Assembly: GCA_963762565.1 (NCBI GenBank)
Contig: CAVXLD010000012.1
Span: forward strand, 288,001-352,000
Source of the DNA: an uncultured Verrucomicrobiae bacterium
Lineage (GTDB): Bacteria > Verrucomicrobiota > Verrucomicrobiia > Chthoniobacterales > JAFAMB01
DNA length: 64,000 nt
Direction of reading: 5' to 3'
In this document: positions 59,973 to 64,000 of the stretch, piece after piece
Layout: each line of letters opens with the position of its first letter
How positions within the stretch are numbered: position 1 is the stretch's first letter
The notes under the pieces: model-generated
What the model saw: only the letters and a program-made list of their open reading frames with translations
Databases searched by the model: none
Told to the model about the DNA's origin: nothing
Translations under genes and position numbers: made by a program

Positions 59973-61944
59973 CCTCCAAAGGGCACTTGGGAAGGGCTTG
60001 CAGAAAGGAGCGACCGTACGCTCTGGTCAAGATCCGGTTATCTAGGATTACCACGATCCCTTTGTCGGAATTTGCCCGGATCAAACGGCCGACACCTTGT
60101 CGCAGCTTCAGGATTGCTTCCGGTAACGAATACTCGGAGAAAGGGTCGCCGCCGTTTGCCTGAATGTGCTCCAATTTTGCTTCGATCAAAGGATGATCGG
60201 GGACTGCGAATGGGAGCCGGGTAATCGTTACATTGGATAGCGCTTCACCCGGCACATCGACACCGGTCCAGAAACTATCCGTTCCGAAGAGGACCCCGTT
60301 GCCGCACCGCTTAAATTCGTCCAGCATTCGTGACCGGGAAAGCCCCTGTCCTTGCACAAAGAAAGTGAAGCGTTCGTGCAACTCCTTTTCCATGCGCTCG
60401 GCCAGTGCGGTCATGGTTCGGTAACTGGTGAACAACACAAATGCTCGTCCTTGAGACAGCTTCAGGAAATACCGGATCCAATGTTCAAGCGCATCTTCGT
60501 AACCTTTGTCGCCGGGTTCGGGCATCTTCTTGACCGCGTAGATCCGCATTTGCCGCTCGAAGTCGAACGGACTTCCAATCTGTACGGCCTGAACCTCAAA
60601 AGCGCCGATTCGGTTCCGAAAATAAGCAAGATCAGGCTGGCCGACCGATAACGTGGCGCTGGTCATCACACAGAGTCGATCTTCTGCGAATAGTAGTCGA
60701 TTTAATATGGCCGAGATATCGACTGGAGCGGCGTTAAGTGAAAGAGATTGGCCGGTCTTACCGGTGCGTTCCACCCAGTAGACATGAGCCTCGGGCTTTT
60801 GCTCGAGAAAATCTGTGACTCCAAATCGAATATCCCGGAGTTTCCGCCCAATATCTTGGAGCTCGTTTTTGAGGATCTCGTCTTCTGTCGCTCGAACCGA
60901 TGAAACCACTGCGGCCTGCACCCGAGCCAGGGCAATTCCGATCGTGTCGGGAACAAGCTCCGGAGTCCGGATTCGGAATTCGCGTCCCTTCCCAAAATCA
61001 CAGCGCGCGTCGACTGCCTGAAAGAATCGATCTACTTGTTCGACGGTTTCTGTCGTCTCCCGAACGGCGTCGCCATCTCGTAAGACCGTGAACAATCCTT
61101 TGCGAGTTTTTGGGTTGTAAAGCCGGTAAAGCAGTTGGCGCAGGCCGTACTGGGATATGCCGAGACCGACCTGTTTGGCGGCAACGGCTTCCAGGGTATG
61201 TGCCTCGTCAAAAATAGCGAAATCGTTGGCGAAGAGATAGCCGTTCGAGCGATTCACCAGGTCGCCTACTGCCTCCAAGTAAAGAAAGAATAAGGTGTGA
61301 TTGATGACGATGATATCGGCAGTGAGCAGTTTCTTGCGGGCTTCCTGGTAAAAACATCGCCCGTCACCGCTACAAGTTTTCGGCGTGCACAGATGCGGTT
61401 CGCTACAGATTTGCAGCCAGAGCTCGGGATCCGGTTCTGCGTCCAACTCGCTCAAGGTACCTTCCTGCGTGGTCTGGGCCCAGGCTTTAATCCGCAACAA
61501 TTCCTCTTGCTGGCCGGACGTGAACAGGTCCGCGCTATTTTGGAGGGCACGCAGCAGACGGTTCGGGCAAAGATAATTTTGCCGGCCCTTCATCAGAGTC
61601 GCCTCGAACGGCCGGTCAATGAGTTTGCGAACCGCAGGGATATCTTTGTTAAGCAATTGTTCCTGAAGATTGATCGTGTGAGTCGACACGATCACTTTGC
61701 GGCGGTTCTCCAGCCCGAAGATCAAAGAGGGGACGAGATACGCCAATGATTTGCCGACCCCGGTCCCGGCCTCAACCACCAGGTGGCGATTCTCTCTCAG
61801 CGCTCGAGCGATCGACTCGGCCATCTGCTGTTGCTCGGGCCGATATTCGAACTTCGGTTGCTGAGACAAGACACCAGTGCGCCCGAACGTCTCCCGGATC
61901 GAGCCCTCAAATTCGTTATCAAAATCTTCCCGTAAAGCGATCAC
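59947..61944 (-). CDS. DinG/YoaA family ATP-dependent helicase (GTG start at 61944 preferred)
   Basis: YRPEQ, EAGTGVGKS, KGR.NYLC plus further Cys, DEAH, TSATL, GVDVPG, QGVGRLIR. Confidence 0.95.
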   Translation of the reverse strand: MIALREDFDNEFEGSIRETFGRTGVLSQQPKFEYRPEQQQMAESIARALRENRHLVVEAGTGVGKSLAYLVPSLIFGLENRRKVIVSTHTINLQEQLLNKDIPAVRKLIDRPFEATLMKGRQNYLCPNRLLRALQNSADLFTSGQQEELLRIKAWAQTTQEGTLSELDAEPDPELWLQICSEPHLCTPKTCSGDGRCFYQEARKKLLTADIIVINHTLFFLYLEAVGDLVNRSNGYLFANDFAIFDEAHTLEAVAAKQVGLGISQYGLRQLLYRLYNPKTRKGLFTVLRDGDAVRETTETVEQVDRFFQAVDARCDFGKGREFRIRTPELVPDTIGIALARVQAAVVSSVRATEDEILKNELQDIGRKLRDIRFGVTDFLEQKPEAHVYWVERTGKTGQSLSLNAAPVDISAILNRLLFAEDRLCVMTSATLSVGQPDLAYFRNRIGAFEVQAVQIGSPFDFERQMRIYAVKKMPEPGDKGYEDALEHWIRYFLKLSQGRAFVLFTSYRTMTALAERMEKELHERFTFFVQGQGLSRSRMLDEFKRCGNGVLFGTDSFWTGVDVPGEALSNVTITRLPFAVPDHPLIEAKLEHIQANGGDPFSEYSLPEAILKLRQGVGRLIRANSDKGIVVILDNRILTRAYGRSFLQALPKCPLEVVQDDGSG

Positions 61945-62006
61945 GGCCGGCGAATCCAATCCAAGGGGCAGACCATCGCGTGGAGAGGGGAGGAGTTCAA
62001 GGGGTT

Positions 62007-62215
62007 GGTAGGGCGAGGCTCCGGAATAGCCGAGGAGGATCGCAGCGAAAGATCGCTCTTCGTTGGTATTTCGTATGCAACTACGAAGAACCGCCGAGCC
62101 GCGGATCCGCGCAACCCTCGGCTCGGCCGCTCTCAGTGGTTGCACCCTCTGACCTTCAGCAACAATTTACCGCTCTGGCAACGGTTCTACGCGATTCCGG
62201 AGCCTCCGCCCTACC
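62007..62215. repeat. Family-A split REP doublet between dinG and recG
   Basis: GGTAGGGCGAGGCTCC-N70-GCCGAGCC...GGCTCGGC...GGAGCCTCCGCCCTACC. Confidence 0.9.
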
Positions 62216-62227
62216 AACTCCTTTAGA

Positions 62228-64000
62228 ATGGATCCACTAGATGCCACTATCGACGAACTCGACTGGCTCCCATCGCCGATGGTGCGCCCGTTGAAACGGT
62301 TTGGGATCAACACGTGGCGTGATCTATTGGAGCACTATGCTAGACGGCATGAAGACCGGGCCGAATTCAGTCGCTTTCCTACGAGCAGCTCCGATAAACC
62401 GATCTGTGTTCGGGGCATTGTGCAAAAGGTGACTTCACGTTATTTCTCGGGCCGAAGTATTGTGGAAGCGACTTTGGATGAGGGAGAACACGGAGCCTTG
62501 AGCGGACGAATCGTATGTCGCTGGTTTAATCAACACTATGTCCAAAAGATGTTGGCGGCCGGTCAGACTTTGGTTGTGTTCGGGCGTCCCAAAGAGAGCC
62601 GGAGCCGGATCTATTTCGACCATCCTGAATTCGAGATTGTCGAGGAAGAGGAAGAGAATTTGATTCATATGAACCGGATTACTCCGGTCTACCCGCTGAC
62701 GGAAGGCCTACGGCAGCGGCCGTTGCGAACTTTGATTTACTTGGCCGTTGTCCGCCTCGAAGAGATCGAAGATCGACCGATTCTACCAGGGTATGTGGCT
62801 TCGTTCCGGGAAGCGATCAGTCAAATCCACTTCCCTGACTCGTGGGCGAAATTAGAGCGTTCCCGAAAAACGTTGGCTTTGGCGGAACTGGTCGGTATTC
62901 AGATCGTGGTTGAAAATCGGCGCAGAAGTATTGTTAGCCAGCCCGGCCACTCGCATTCCGGTTCAGGTAGGCGAGTCAAACAATTCCTTGATTTACTGCC
63001 TTTCGAGCCGACTGCGGCGCAAAAACGCACTATTGAGGAGATCCGCTCCGATTTGGCGGTCCATCGCCCAATGGCAAGGCTATTGCACGGCGACGTTGGC
63101 GCGGGCAAAACCGTGGTAGCGACTGCCGCAATGTTGGAAGTGGCGGAGGCAGGATTTCAAAGCGTGTTGATGGCGCCGACCCAAGTCTTGGCCGAACAGC
63201 ACTACCAGACTCTCAAGACTTGGCTGGAACCGATGGGAATCCGGATTGCTTTGAGGACAGGCCCACGAAAGGAAGATGCGTTTTTGCAGCTCCAAGGCGA
63301 CCCCGAGGTGATCGTTGGCACCCATGCTCTTCTTTACGAGAGCGAGTCGTTTCCTCGACTCGGATTGGTGGTGATCGATGAGCAACATAAATTTGGCGTT
63401 CTGCAGAGAAGCCGTCTGCTTCAGCGCGAGCCGGTACCCGATCTGCTGGTAATGACCGCAACGCCCATTCCTCGGACGCTAGCCATGACGCTCTACGGCG
63501 ATCTTGATGTCTCAACTTTGGACGAGAAACCGATCAACCGAAAACCCGTGATCACAGGAGTACGTTCTTCTGAGAAGCTCCCCGAAGCCGCTAAATTCCT
63601 GAGAGAACGGCTGGAGGCAAACCGCCAGGCTTACATTGTTTATCCAGTCATCGAGGAATCAGACTCACTGAGCGTGAAAGCGGCCACCACTGAGTTCAAT
63701 CGCTGGGTGGATTTGCTGAAGCCGGCTGCTTGCGGGCTCTTGCATGGCAGGTTGGCGCCGGACGAACGGGAGAGCGTGATGGAACGCTTTCGCCAGGGTG
63801 AAATCCGTGTGCTGATAGCGACTACTGTTATCGAGGTCGGGGTCGACGTGCCAAACGCGACAGTGATGCTGATTGAGAATGCGGAACGATTTGGCCTAGC
63901 GCAATTGCACCAACTTCGAGGGCGGATCGGCCGTGGTAACCACCAGAGCTATTGCATCTTGATGACGGATACCAAGGATCCGCTGGCTTTGGCTAAGCTA
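62228..64000 (+). CDS. recG: ATP-dependent DNA helicase RecG, runs off the right edge
   Basis: Not in the ORF track. Manual translation from ATG 62228 gives LLHGDVGAGKT, IDEQHKFG, MTATPIPRTL, ENAERFGLAQLHQLRGRIGRG. Confidence 0.97.
   Translation, partial: MDPLDATIDELDWLPSPMVRPLKRFGINTWRDLLEHYARRHEDRAEFSRFPTSSSDKPICVRGIVQKVTSRYFSGRSIVEATLDEGEHGALSGRIVCRWFNQHYVQKMLAAGQTLVVFGRPKESRSRIYFDHPEFEIVEEEEENLIHMNRITPVYPLTEGLRQRPLRTLIYLAVVRLEEIEDRPILPGYVASFREAISQIHFPDSWAKLERSRKTLALAELVGIQIVVENRRRSIVSQPGHSHSGSGRRVKQFLDLLPFEPTAAQKRTIEEIRSDLAVHRPMARLLHGDVGAGKTVVATAAMLEVAEAGFQSVLMAPTQVLAEQHYQTLKTWLEPMGIRIALRTGPRKEDAFLQLQGDPEVIVGTHALLYESESFPRLGLVVIDEQHKFGVLQRSRLLQREPVPDLLVMTATPIPRTLAMTLYGDLDVSTLDEKPINRKPVITGVRSSEKLPEAAKFLRERLEANRQAYIVYPVIEESDSLSVKAATTEFNRWVDLLKPAACGLLHGRLAPDERESVMERFRQGEIRVLIATTVIEVGVDVPNATVMLIENAERFGLAQLHQLRGRIGRGNHQSYCILMTDTKDPLALAKL

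Noticed and set aside
26453..62145. N-terminal extensions in the ORF track for lolE/C, the 32126 ORF, ureF, ureE, ureC, ureA, urtA and dinG
   Set aside because: They translate intergenic repeats, leaders or upstream genes; family-typical starts lie downstream
5108..62215. CRISPR array suggested by conserved repeats with variable spacers
   Set aside because: Repeats are dispersed inverted doublets or 6-9-bp tandems, not regularly spaced direct repeats, and there are no cas genes
1..64000. Autonomous mobiliser (RAYT/TnpA, four-helix-bundle, GxxExxY) for the repeat families
   Set aside because: No ORF with HUH, GxxExxY or similar motifs was found in this window, so mobility remains inference

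Overview
A 64-kb chromosomal window of mostly housekeeping genes, probably from a soil Verrucomicrobiota (Chthoniobacterales/Spartobacteria-like). That assignment is my inference from protein style and repeat families, not a database result. Genes include a Ser/Thr kinase-pseudokinase-SEL1 protein, a TolQR/ExbBD-TonB/TolA trio, a PAS kinase plus sigma54 activator, fmt, adk, hsp20-lon, uvrD/pcrA, a Tat-exported SOD, ilvB, lysS-MFS-lolE/C, hemL and a MATE pump. There is a complete urease cluster (ureDABCEFG) with a urea ABC transporter split divergently (urtA versus urtBCDE) around two sigma54-type promoters. The right end holds an Fe-ADH, two tandem paralogous His/Ser-rich secreted proteins with a conserved Trp/Cys/Gly domain, an IR-bounded beta-propeller cassette at tRNA-Cys, a dinG-methyltransferase-rsm22 operon and partial recG. 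The most striking signal is non-coding. Almost every intergenic gap holds nested palindromic elements built from 6-9-bp tandem repeats, several REP-like families whose hairpin loops carry inserts of about 0, 30 or 65-73 bp, and a 30-bp mini-element that sits inside REPs, inside tandem repeats and, in frame, inside two genes. No CRISPR array, rRNA, or transposase/RAYT gene was seen. All counts and alignments were made by eye.
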